The translations under genes and the position numbers were made by a program. Below, in pieces: positions 18,533-27,801 of a stretch of 64,000 nucleotides of DNA. This stretch comes from an uncultured Lachnospira sp. (GTDB lineage Bacteria > Bacillota > Clostridia > Lachnospirales > Lachnospiraceae): NCBI GenBank assembly GCA_964482965.1, contig CAYZZP010000014.1, positions 552 through 64,551 on the forward strand, given 5' to 3'. Every line of letters begins with the position of its first letter. Position 1 is the first letter of the stretch. The notes under the pieces are model-generated. The model ran no database searches. It was not told the origin of the DNA and worked only from the letters and a program-made list of their open reading frames with translations.

Positions 18533-19936
18533 TCATTTCTTCTTTTTATTAAAATATTTTCTGGTTTCCGCCACCACAACACTATTTAACGCAACTATGG
18601 CAATAAGATTAGGTATTGCCATAAGACCGTTGAAAATGTCGGCGATGGTCCAAACGGCGGATACGGTCATAAATGGACCGATAAATACGCAGAATATGTA
18701 GAGCCATCTGTAGCCTTTCACCATTTTTTCATTTCCGTTTGAAAGATACTCAAGGCAGCGCTCGCTGTAGTAGTTCCAGCCAAGAATTGTAGTAAAGGCA
18801 AAAAATACGAGGCAGAGCATAAGTATAAATGATGATACTGAGCTTGGAAACGGAAGTCCTATTTCAAATGCCTTTGCGGTTACGGCAACACCTTCAAGCC
18901 CCATATCCCACGCTCCTGTTAATACTATTGAAAGACCGGTCATAGTACATATGATGATAGTGTCGATAACTGTTCCCATCATAGAAATAAGTCCTTGCTG
19001 TACAGGTTCGTCTGTGCAGGCAGCCGCAGCTGCAATAGGAGCGCTTCCCAATCCTGCTTCGTTGGAAAAAATGCCTCTGGCAACTCCCATCTGCATGGCA
19101 ATCATCATAGAGCCAAGCGCACCTCCCGCTGCTGCGCGAAGTCCGAAAGCGTCTTTAATAATAATGCTAAAGGCAGCAGGAATTTTTGAAAAATTCATAA
19201 TAAGTATAAGCAGGGCTGCACCCACATATGTAACTGCCATAAACGGTACTACAACCTGGGCAACCGAGGATATTCTTTTAATGCCGCCGATAAGCACAAG
19301 GGCAGTGCATAGTGTAAGAATAATTCCTGCAATAATTACAGTCCATGAATATGTACGTCCAAAAAGCGTTATGGTCCAGCTGTTGTCAGCGTCAAAGAAA
19401 TTGTTGATTGCGCTGGTAATACCGTTAATCTGTGTAAATGTTCCAATACCGAGAAGTCCGACGCCAATGCCAAAGAAAGCAAATATTTTTGCAAGCCATT
19501 TGAACTTCTTACCCATTCCGTTTTCTATGTAATAAAAAGGACCGCCGATAATGTGCCCATCAGGCTTGACAACCCGGTATTTAACAGCCAGAAGGCACTC
19601 AGAGTATTTTGTTACGGTTCCGACGATTGCGGCAACCCACATCCAGAACATAGCCCCGGGGCCGCCTGCAACGATAGCTGTTGCAACGCCGACAATATTC
19701 CCTGTTCCGATGGTTGCAGACAATGCCGTACACAATGCGGCAAATCCTGACATTTCGCCCTCGCCTTTTTTCTCAGTGGAAAGCATATATTTAACTGCAA
19801 GTCTAAGTTTTGTTATTTGCAGCCCCTTGAGCCTTATAGTCATAAAAATGCCGACAGATAGAATTAAAACTATAAGGGGGATATTCCATACAAAGTCATC
19901 AATAGTAGTAAGCAGGTCATTAATAAAATCAAGCAT
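18533..19936 (-). CDS. Alanine/glycine:cation symporter (AGCS family)
   Basis: ATIGTGNIVGVA, GGPGAMFWMW, GVARGIFSNEAGLGSAP. Confidence 0.95.
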   Translation of the reverse strand: MLDFINDLLTTIDDFVWNIPLIVLILSVGIFMTIRLKGLQITKLRLAVKYMLSTEKKGEGEMSGFAALCTALSATIGTGNIVGVATAIVAGGPGAMFWMWVAAIVGTVTKYSECLLAVKYRVVKPDGHIIGGPFYYIENGMGKKFKWLAKIFAFFGIGVGLLGIGTFTQINGITSAINNFFDADNSWTITLFGRTYSWTVIIAGIILTLCTALVLIGGIKRISSVAQVVVPFMAVTYVGAALLILIMNFSKIPAAFSIIIKDAFGLRAAAGGALGSMMIAMQMGVARGIFSNEAGLGSAPIAAAAACTDEPVQQGLISMMGTVIDTIIICTMTGLSIVLTGAWDMGLEGVAVTAKAFEIGLPFPSSVSSFILMLCLVFFAFTTILGWNYYSERCLEYLSNGNEKMVKGYRWLYIFCVFIGPFMTVSAVWTIADIFNGLMAIPNLIAIVALNSVVVAETRKYFNKKKK

Positions 19937-20168
19937 ATATTTATGATTCTCCTTGTTTATTAATAGATTATTAAAAAAATATTAAAATATAACTATTGTT
20001 ATAAAATAGCATAATTCTGTTGTTCTGGCAATAATGAGCCAAAATTAAAAGCGGGTAAAAAATAGGTTAAACAAAAAAATATTTAATTTTTACTTTAAAA
20101 AATTCAGTAAATAATATAGAATATACTTCATGTGCAAACAGAAATATATTTATGTGGAGATTTAGAAT

Positions 20169-20762
20169 ATGGAATTAGAAATATTACATTGGTTTGAATC
20201 GCTTCATACACCAATATTGAATTACATAATGTATGTTATTACATGTCTGGGAAATGCAGGGCTTGTGTGGATTCTTCTGGCGCTGGCTATGCTTACGGTT
20301 TTTCCTAAGAAGTATAGAAAGGCAGGACTGACTGTGGCTGTGGGGCTTATCTTATCTCTTATAATGTGCAATCTGGTTATGAAAAATATGTTTCACAGAA
20401 TAAGACCGTTTGTGGCAGACGCTACGTTTGAAAGTCTCTTTGATGTATTTGCGGGAATTGACGACTGGTCGTTTCCGTCTGGACATACTTCTGCTTCATT
20501 TGCGGCGGCGGTGGCAATTTTTATGTGGTATAAAAAGGATGGTTTTTTTGCGCTGGTGCTGGCGTCGCTTATATCCTTGTCGAGGTTATATCTTACGGTG
20601 CATTATCCTACGGATGTGCTGGCAAGCGTAGTGCTTGGAAGTATTTATGGTATCGCAGCTTATATTATTGTGAAGTGTCTGATGAAGAAGTCGGAGCGTG
20701 TCAGAGCGATATTTGACGGTGAAGAAAAATATAAAACACTGTTTGAGAAGAAGAAGGAGTAA
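20169..20762 (+). CDS. PAP2-family membrane phosphatase
   Basis: K..HRIRP, SFPSGH, SRLYLTVHYPTDV. Confidence 0.92.
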   Translation: MELEILHWFESLHTPILNYIMYVITCLGNAGLVWILLALAMLTVFPKKYRKAGLTVAVGLILSLIMCNLVMKNMFHRIRPFVADATFESLFDVFAGIDDWSFPSGHTSASFAAAVAIFMWYKKDGFFALVLASLISLSRLYLTVHYPTDVLASVVLGSIYGIAAYIIVKCLMKKSERVRAIFDGEEKYKTLFEKKKE

Positions 20763-20766
20763 GTAA

Positions 20767-21621
20767 ATGTGGGAAATTATAGAAGATGCATTTATAGATT
20801 CAGTTAAATTAATACCATTTTTATTTTTGACTTATCTTGCTATGGAGTTTCTTGAGCATAAGACCAGTGCAAAAACTAAGCAGATTGTCAAAAATTCGGG
20901 AAAGGCGGGACCGTTTTTGGGAGCGCTTCTCGGCGCATTTCCACAGTGCGGATTTTCTGCGGCTGCCTCTAATCTCTATGCGGGAAGGGTAATCACGCTG
21001 GGAACACTTATAGCCATATATCTCTCAACCTCCGATGAGATGCTTCCCGTGCTTATATCTGAAAAAATCAGCCCTGTTACAATTTTTGCGCTGGTGGGCT
21101 GCAAGGTTATAATTGGTATGGCGGCAGGCTTTGCCATAGATTTTCTTATGAGAAAAAATAAGGGCAGAGAGGATATTTCTGACAAAATAGGGCATATGTG
21201 CGAGCATGATCACTGTAACTGCGAGAAGAGCATATTTTTATCGGCTCTAAGGCATACAGCGGTGATTTATGTGTATATCCTGCTTATAACTCTTGCCTTA
21301 AATGTGGTGATTTATTATATCGGCGAGGATACTCTTGGAAACATTATACTTAACAGACCTGTTATCGGACCGATGATTGCTACGCTGGTGGGGCTTATTC
21401 CAAACTGTGCGGCTTCGGTGGTACTTACGCAGCTTTATGTAAACGGAGTAATGTCGATAGGCGCAACTATGGCAGGACTGCTTGCAGGTTCGGGTGTTGG
21501 TATAATTGTTCTCTTTAAGGAAAACAGTAACCGCAGGGAAAATATAAAGATTGTAGGACTTTTGTACCTTATCGGCGCGGCTGCAGGTATTATTATTGAT
21601 TTGGTTATGATGGCTGTCTAG
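20767..21621 (+). CDS. Putative metal (manganese-type) transporter / permease
   Basis: PQCGFS, STSDE, His/Cys loop HMCEHDHCNCE, IPNCAASV; multi-TM. Confidence 0.7.
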   Translation: MWEIIEDAFIDSVKLIPFLFLTYLAMEFLEHKTSAKTKQIVKNSGKAGPFLGALLGAFPQCGFSAAASNLYAGRVITLGTLIAIYLSTSDEMLPVLISEKISPVTIFALVGCKVIIGMAAGFAIDFLMRKNKGREDISDKIGHMCEHDHCNCEKSIFLSALRHTAVIYVYILLITLALNVVIYYIGEDTLGNIILNRPVIGPMIATLVGLIPNCAASVVLTQLYVNGVMSIGATMAGLLAGSGVGIIVLFKENSNRRENIKIVGLLYLIGAAAGIIIDLVMMAV

Positions 21622-21679
21622 GGTTTTTGGATTTATAGAGTTTAAATGGCAGATGATGTAGATTGTGTATATAAATGTT

Positions 21680-21725
21680 CACTCAAACGCAGTTCTTTAA
21701 AGGCGGCGTTTGGGTGTTTTTTTGT
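21680..21725 (+). terminator. Rho-independent terminator
   Basis: CACTCAAACGC...GCGTTTGGGTG followed by a T run. Confidence 0.75.
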
Positions 21726-21771
21726 TTCTGCCAATTTTGATAATTATTTAATAAACTTGGCAATTTGAATA

Positions 21772-21800
21772 TTGAAATGTATAGGCTTAAGTGGTACAAT
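21772..21800 (+). promoter_or_regulatory. SigA promoter of the xylose-type operon
   Basis: TTGAAA-17-TACAAT with extended TG. Confidence 0.75.
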
Positions 21801-21805
21801 AAAAA

Positions 21806-21836
21806 CAACTTTTGTAAATGATGTTTCTAAAAGTTG
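21806..21836. promoter_or_regulatory. ROK/XylR-type palindromic operator
   Basis: CAACTTTTGTAAA-TGATG-TTTCTAAAAGTTG just downstream of the -10; resembles the clostridial XylR motif; ROK gene at the end of the cluster. Confidence 0.7.
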
Positions 21837-21840
21837 CTGA

Positions 21841-21992
21841 AATGGAGGTTAGTGTGAAAAATAAGCTTGATAGCTTATTTTTCACACGGCTATTTGTGCC
21901 GGAGCGTCACAAATAGCTCTGCTGGCAGAATAGAAACCGCCTTCGCGGATTTCTCTTCGCCTCGTCGCTAACGCTCCGGAATGGAGGTTAGT
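21841..21992 (+). mobile_element. 126-bp structured insert (MITE/REP-like or structured RNA) flanked by 13-bp direct repeats of the RBS
   Basis: AATGGAGGTTAGT at 21841-21853 and 21980-21992; three hairpins inside; loop CCGGAGCGT is complementary to the terminal ACGCTCCGG. Confidence 0.7.
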
Positions 21993-22658
21993 ATGGAGAT
22001 TAAGAGTGTATTGGAAGATGGTTTTAAGGTTTACGGCAGAGTTTTGCAAGGGCTTGACGTAAGCGGGCTTTTAGAAGAAATGGAACGCACTCCGATGCCG
22101 GAGGATGTAATTTATGTTCCGTCAGACGAGGGGCTTGAGAGACTTGATGTATATGGTGCTATGTCTGATGGCGTTTATGGACAGATGCCTGTGCAGATTG
22201 GCTACTGCAATGGACACAACCGGTATCTCAATGCTTTGGAGTACCATAGAAGTTCAGAGATAAATGTGGCTGTTACGGATATGGTATTACTGCTTGGCAG
22301 ACAGCAGGATATCGGAGAAGCTTATACATATGACACTTCCAAAGTTGAAGCGTTTCTAGTGCCGAAGGGAACAGTGGTAGAAATGTATGCAACAACGCTT
22401 CACTATGCGCCTTGCGGAGTAGGCGGAGCAGGGTTTAAGTGCGTGGTTGTGCTTCCGAAAGGAACTAACTATGATTTGAGACCAACAACAGATAGCAGCC
22501 GGGAACAGGCGGCGGAAAAGCTCTGCCGGGACAAAGGCTGCATATCGGAGGAAAGACTGCTGGCTGCCACAAACAAGTGGCTTATCGCTCACCCGAATGC
22601 AGGTATAGATGGCGCATACTGTGGGCTTATCGGTGAGAATATATGCAGCTTTGAATAA
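21993..22658 (+). CDS. DUF4867-family protein (cupin/ureidoglycolate-lyase-like)
   Basis: QIGYCNGHN..LNALEYHRSSEIN, EMYATTLHYAPC, NKWLIAH; GGAGG RBS before ATG 21993. Confidence 0.82.
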   Translation: MEIKSVLEDGFKVYGRVLQGLDVSGLLEEMERTPMPEDVIYVPSDEGLERLDVYGAMSDGVYGQMPVQIGYCNGHNRYLNALEYHRSSEINVAVTDMVLLLGRQQDIGEAYTYDTSKVEAFLVPKGTVVEMYATTLHYAPCGVGGAGFKCVVVLPKGTNYDLRPTTDSSREQAAEKLCRDKGCISEERLLAATNKWLIAHPNAGIDGAYCGLIGENICSFE

Positions 22659-22691
22659 AAAAGATAATAATTATTTATGGAGGAATATATT

Positions 22692-24176
22692 ATGAATAAT
22701 ACACCTGAAGTAAAAGTAGGAATTGTGGCAGTGAGCAGAGACTGTTTCCCTGAATCGCTGTCGGTTACAAGAAGGCAGAACCTTGTAAAGGCTTACAGGG
22801 AAAAGTATGGCGACAAGGATATTTATGAATGTCCTATATGTATCGTTGAGAGTGAAATACATATGATTCAGGCGCTTGAGAATGTAAAGAAAGCAGGCTG
22901 TAACGCCCTTTGTGTATATCTTGGAAATTTTGGCCCGGAGATATCAGAAACCATGCTTGCAAAATACTTTGACGGACCTAAGATGTTTGTAGCAGCAGCG
23001 GAGGAAACCTCAGAAAATGGCGGACTTGTACAGGGCAGAGGCGACGCCTACTGCGGTATGCTCAATGCGAGCTATAATTTGAAGCTGCGCAATGTCGGGG
23101 CGTACATACCTGAGTATCCGGTTGGAACTGCTGAGGAATGTGCGGATATGATTCACGAATTTCTTCCGGTTGCCCGCGTGGTTTATGCCCTTGAAAATCT
23201 TAAGATTATAAGTTTTGGACCTCGTCCTTCCAATTTCCTCGCATGTAATGCGCCGATTAAACAGCTTTATAATTTGGGCGTTGAGATTGAAGAAAATTCT
23301 GAGCTGGATTTGTTTGAGGCATTTAACAACCACGCAGGGGATGAGAGAATTCCTGAGGTTGTAAAGAGCATGGAGGAGGAGCTTGGTGCAGGCAATAAAA
23401 AGCCTGAAATATTGTCTAAGCTTGCTCAATATGAGTTGACCCTTTTAGACTGGATAGAAGCTCACAAGGGTTCAAGAAAATATGTTGCAATAGCCGGAAA
23501 ATGCTGGCCTGCATTCCAGACGCAGTTTGGCTTTGTTCCCTGTTATGTAAATTCAAGGCTTACAGCTATGGGAATACCTGTATCGTGCGAGGTTGACATA
23601 TATGGTGCGTTAAGCGAGTTTATCGGAACAGTTGTAAGTCAGGACGTTGTTACGCTTCTTGATATTAATAATTCAGTGCCTGCTGATATATACAAGCAGG
23701 ATATTGAGGGCAAATTCCCATATACCCACAAGGATACGTTTATGGGCTTCCACTGTGGCAATACTGCTTCTTGCAAGCTTTCATTCTGCGAGATGAAAAA
23801 TCAGATGATTATGGCGCGTTCCCTTCCTGAGGAGGTTACAAACGGAACGCTTGAAGGAGATATTGTTCCCGGTGAGATTACATTTTTCAGACTGCAGAGT
23901 ACAGCGGACGCACAGCTTACGGCTTATATCGCTCAGGGCGAAGTCCTTCCTGTAGCGACGCGTTCATTTGGTGCAATAGGAATATTTGCTATTCCGCAGA
24001 TGGGAAGATTTTACAGACATGTTCTTATAGAGAAGGGCTTCCCTCATCATGGGGCTGTTGCTTTCGGACATTTCGGCAGGCAGATATTTGAGGTGTTTAA
24101 GTATCTCGGCATAGAAGAAATTGGATTTAACCAGCCTGAGGGTATGCTTTACAAGACCGAAAATCCATTTGCATAA
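22692..24176 (+). CDS. L-fucose-isomerase-like protein, probable clostridial xylose isomerase XylA-II
   Basis: YLGNFGPE, RGDAYCG, KCWP, SCEVDIYG, GFHCGN, FPHHGAV; clustered with xylB, tal and ROK. Confidence 0.82.
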   Translation: MNNTPEVKVGIVAVSRDCFPESLSVTRRQNLVKAYREKYGDKDIYECPICIVESEIHMIQALENVKKAGCNALCVYLGNFGPEISETMLAKYFDGPKMFVAAAEETSENGGLVQGRGDAYCGMLNASYNLKLRNVGAYIPEYPVGTAEECADMIHEFLPVARVVYALENLKIISFGPRPSNFLACNAPIKQLYNLGVEIEENSELDLFEAFNNHAGDERIPEVVKSMEEELGAGNKKPEILSKLAQYELTLLDWIEAHKGSRKYVAIAGKCWPAFQTQFGFVPCYVNSRLTAMGIPVSCEVDIYGALSEFIGTVVSQDVVTLLDINNSVPADIYKQDIEGKFPYTHKDTFMGFHCGNTASCKLSFCEMKNQMIMARSLPEEVTNGTLEGDIVPGEITFFRLQSTADAQLTAYIAQGEVLPVATRSFGAIGIFAIPQMGRFYRHVLIEKGFPHHGAVAFGHFGRQIFEVFKYLGIEEIGFNQPEGMLYKTENPFA

Positions 24177-24189
24177 GGAGAGGTGGCAC

Positions 24190-25668
24190 ATGTATTACAT
24201 AGGTGTTGATTTGGGAACTTCTGCGGTTAAGCTTATTCTTATGCAGGAGGACGGAAAGGTAGTAAAGACCGTTTCTAAGGAGTATCCTTTGAGCTTTCCT
24301 AAGCCGGGCTGGTCTGAGCAAAATCCTTATGACTGGTACGAAAAGTCGGCTGAGGGAATAAGAGAGCTGGTTACAGACATTGACAGCCGTCAGGTCGCAG
24401 GAATAAGCTTTGGCGGTCAGATGCATGGTCTTGTTATACTGGATGAAAATGATGAAGTTATAAGACCTGCAATTCTTTGGAATGACGGAAGAACTACTAA
24501 GGAGTGCGATTATCTTAACAATGTGATAGGAAAAGATAAGCTGGCAAAATACACTGCCAACATTGCATTTGCAGGTTTTACAGCGCCTAAGCTGCTCTGG
24601 GTAAAGGAAAATGAACCGAAGAATTTTGCAAAAATAAGAAAGATTATGCTTCCGAAGGATTATCTTGCTTATAGATTGAGCGGCGTGCATTGTACGGATG
24701 TTTCTGACGCTTCGGGTATGCTGCTGTTTGATGTGAAAAATCGCTGCTGGTCTGAGGAAATGCTTGATATATGCGGTATTCCGAAAGAATATATGGCAAG
24801 GATTTTTGAGAGCTATGAGTGCGTAGGGAAGCTTACGAAGGAGGCGGCGCAGGAGCTTGGTCTTACCACAGATGTTAAGGTTATTGCCGGAGCAGGAGAT
24901 AATGCGGCGGCAGCGGTAGGCACGGGAACCGTTGGAGACGGAGCATGCAATATTTCGCTTGGAACCAGCGGAACCATATTTATATCAAGCAGGGAATTTG
25001 GCGTGGATGACAATAATGCGCTTCATTCCTTCGACCACGCCGACGGAAGCTATCATCTTATGGGCTGTATGTTAAGCGCAGCGTCCTGCAACAAATGGTG
25101 GATGGACGACATAATCGGAACTGAAGAATATGCAAATGAACAGGCGGATATTACGGATGGAAAGCTGGGCAATAACAGAGTATTTTATCTGCCGTACCTT
25201 ATGGGCGAGCGGTCTCCGCACAATGACCCGTCAGCCCGCGCAACATTTACGGGAATGACAATGGACACCGTCAGAAGTGATATGACGCAGGCTGTATTGG
25301 AGGGCGTGGCATTTGCCATAAGGGATTCCTTTGAGGTGGCAAAGAGGCTTGGTATAAATGTCACAGAGACAAAAATATGCGGCGGCGGCGCAAAAAGTCC
25401 TCTTTGGCGAAGGATTATTGCAAATGTTCTGAACATAAAGGTATGCGTGCTTGAGACGGAGGAAGGTCCGGCTCTGGGTGCGGCTATGCTGGCGGCAGTT
25501 GGAACAGGAAGATATTCAAGCGTTAAGGAGGCGGCAGAAAATATTGTAAAGGTTGTAGAGGTTGTTGAACCTGAACCGGATATTGCAGCCAGATATGAAG
25601 ATAAATACAGGCAGTTTAAGTTGATTTATCCGGCATTAAAACAAGTATTTGCCGAAATGACAAAATAG
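24190..25668 (+). CDS. xylB: Xylulokinase
   Basis: IGVDLGTS, GGQMHG, ILWNDGR, GAGDNAA, SLGTSG, LPYLMGERSPH, GGGAKS. Confidence 0.93.
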   Translation: MYYIGVDLGTSAVKLILMQEDGKVVKTVSKEYPLSFPKPGWSEQNPYDWYEKSAEGIRELVTDIDSRQVAGISFGGQMHGLVILDENDEVIRPAILWNDGRTTKECDYLNNVIGKDKLAKYTANIAFAGFTAPKLLWVKENEPKNFAKIRKIMLPKDYLAYRLSGVHCTDVSDASGMLLFDVKNRCWSEEMLDICGIPKEYMARIFESYECVGKLTKEAAQELGLTTDVKVIAGAGDNAAAAVGTGTVGDGACNISLGTSGTIFISSREFGVDDNNALHSFDHADGSYHLMGCMLSAASCNKWWMDDIIGTEEYANEQADITDGKLGNNRVFYLPYLMGERSPHNDPSARATFTGMTMDTVRSDMTQAVLEGVAFAIRDSFEVAKRLGINVTETKICGGGAKSPLWRRIIANVLNIKVCVLETEEGPALGAAMLAAVGTGRYSSVKEAAENIVKVVEVVEPEPDIAARYEDKYRQFKLIYPALKQVFAEMTK

Positions 25669-25729
25669 TTATATAATAATGGGCGAAATTTTTTAAAGCG
25701 CCCCATAGAATATATGGAGGAAATTTAAA

Positions 25730-26383
25730 ATGAAATTTTTTATTGACACAGCTAACGTAGAGGATATCAGGAAAGCAAACGATATGGGAGTAATATGCGG
25801 CGTTACAACAAATCCGTCGCTTATTGCTAAGGAGGGAAGAGATTTTAACGAAGTAATAAAGGAAATTACAGAGATTGTTGACGGACCTATAAGCGGAGAG
25901 GTAAAGGCAACTACAGTTGACGCTGAGGGTATGATTGCTGAGGGAAGGCAGATAGCAAAGATACATCCTAATATGGTTGTAAAGATTCCTATGACAGTAG
26001 AAGGCTTAAAGGCCACAAAGGTTCTTTCGGGCGAGGGAATAAAGGTAAATGTTACGCTTATATTTTCTGCAAATCAGGCATTGCTGGCAGCAAGAGCAGG
26101 AGCTGCGTATGTATCGCCATTCCTCGGAAGACTTGACGATATATCTCAGCCGGGCATTAATCTTATAAGCGATATAGTTGAGATATTCTCAAATTATGAT
26201 ATTCAGACAGAAATTATTTGCGCCAGCGTAAGAAATCCTATACATATTACAGACTGTGCCCTTGCAGGCGCTGACATTGCTACTGTACCATACAAGGTTA
26301 TTGAGCAGATGGTTCATCATCCTCTCACAGATGCAGGAATTGAGAAATTTCAGAAAGATTACAGGGCGGTTTTCGGTGAGTAA
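25730..26383 (+). CDS. tal: Transaldolase (small FSA/TalC type)
   Basis: [37 protein letters not shown]. Confidence 0.93.
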   Translation: MKFFIDTANVEDIRKANDMGVICGVTTNPSLIAKEGRDFNEVIKEITEIVDGPISGEVKATTVDAEGMIAEGRQIAKIHPNMVVKIPMTVEGLKATKVLSGEGIKVNVTLIFSANQALLAARAGAAYVSPFLGRLDDISQPGINLISDIVEIFSNYDIQTEIICASVRNPIHITDCALAGADIATVPYKVIEQMVHHPLTDAGIEKFQKDYRAVFGE

Positions 26384-26529
26384 ATTTTAATTTGCGCAAA
26401 GGCATAAGGCAGGCGGAAATGTTTACATTTCCATTTGCCGCCGCATGCGAACCGGCAAAACTCGCAGAGCGTGTATTGACTGGTTTAGGCTTGCCGATAT
26501 TGTAACCGGACGATGGAGGCTTATATTAT

Positions 26530-27714
26530 ATGACTAAGGTTGAAAAAATCACCACCACTGATGTTAAACGTTATAATAAAAATAGAGTATTCAGGCTTAT
26601 TCATTATGCCGGAAGAATTTCAAGGCAGGAAATAGCTGATATTTTGCAGCTTTCCCTGCCTACTGTAAATCAAAACCTTAAATTGCTTATGGAGGAAGGT
26701 CTTATCACTTTTGAGGGGAGTTTTGCGTCCACAGGCGGAAGAAAGGCACAGATTATAACTATAAATGCCGGAGCAAAATATGCGGTCAGCGTTAATATAT
26801 TTGACAATGGCATACAGATTGCAGTTGTAAATCTTGTTGGTGATATTATAAAGGTCATCAATAAAGATATAATCCTAAAGAGCGGCGACGACAGTGGTAA
26901 AAAGATTGCCGACGCAGTGAAAAAGGTTATAAAGGAATGTAAAATACCTAAACAATCTATGCTTGGAGTTGGAATTACAATTCCGGGAGTGTTTGACAGC
27001 GAGCATAGGGTTATAGTATCTGCGCCGACACTTGGGCTTCATGGCTACTTTATAAAAGAGGTTACAGATTATATCCCATATCCATGCATTTCTTACAATG
27101 ACGCCAGAGCTAATGCCTTTGCAGAGTACTGGTGGAATTGCAGAAGAAATGAGGAAGCACAGGATTTAGGGCGCTTTAAGGCTTCACATGACAGAGTTGT
27201 TGAGGGAAAACTGTATCTTATGCTTAACCATGGCGTCGGCGGCTCATATCTTGACAATGAGCGGATAAGAACCGGAAAAAATAACTGTTACGGAGAGTTT
27301 GGACATATGACTATTCATCCGGGCGGCAAGCAGTGTTTCTGCGGCAAAAAGGGCTGCTTTGAGAGCTATGTATCTTCCAGATGCCTTTCTACAGAATTAG
27401 GGGTTACTTTGGAATATTTTTTCAAGGAGCTGGAAGCCGGAAATATGGTATATGAGAATTTATTCGACTCTTATCTTGACGATTTGACGACGGGCATTAA
27501 TAATCTGTATATAATGAGCGACAGCGAGGTTATAGTCGGAGGTCCTGTTTCGAGGTATCTTGAGCCTTATATGCAGGATATAAGGAAAAGGCTTTCGCAG
27601 AAATATGCATTTGATACGGACGGTTCTTACTGTTCGCTTGCAAAATGCACGCCGTTACAGGCAGACAGCGGGGCGGCGCTGGAATTTCTTACGAATTATA
27701 TAAGAAATGTATAA
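26530..27714 (+). CDS. ROK-family repressor (XylR-like)
   Basis: N-terminal HTH, STGGRKA, NDARA, GEFGHMTI..CFCGKKGCFE. Confidence 0.9.
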   Translation: MTKVEKITTTDVKRYNKNRVFRLIHYAGRISRQEIADILQLSLPTVNQNLKLLMEEGLITFEGSFASTGGRKAQIITINAGAKYAVSVNIFDNGIQIAVVNLVGDIIKVINKDIILKSGDDSGKKIADAVKKVIKECKIPKQSMLGVGITIPGVFDSEHRVIVSAPTLGLHGYFIKEVTDYIPYPCISYNDARANAFAEYWWNCRRNEEAQDLGRFKASHDRVVEGKLYLMLNHGVGGSYLDNERIRTGKNNCYGEFGHMTIHPGGKQCFCGKKGCFESYVSSRCLSTELGVTLEYFFKELEAGNMVYENLFDSYLDDLTTGINNLYIMSDSEVIVGGPVSRYLEPYMQDIRKRLSQKYAFDTDGSYCSLAKCTPLQADSGAALEFLTNYIRNV

Positions 27715-27801
27715 CGTCGTATGTGCTGACAGGCATGTTGAGATTGAAAAAATATGGAATTGTTGAAAAACATATTAAAACAGAATCTTGGAGGAAATGT
27801 T

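Noticed and set aside
19937-20168. Glycine riboswitch or T-box upstream of the AGCS symporter
   Set aside because: Very AT-rich divergent promoter region with no aptamer motifs
21888-21979. HDV-like, pistol or hammerhead ribozyme reading of the insert (GCTAA before the final pairing strand)
   Set aside because: No P3/P1.1 elements for an HDV fold and no pistol or hammerhead core; kept only as an unclassified structured element
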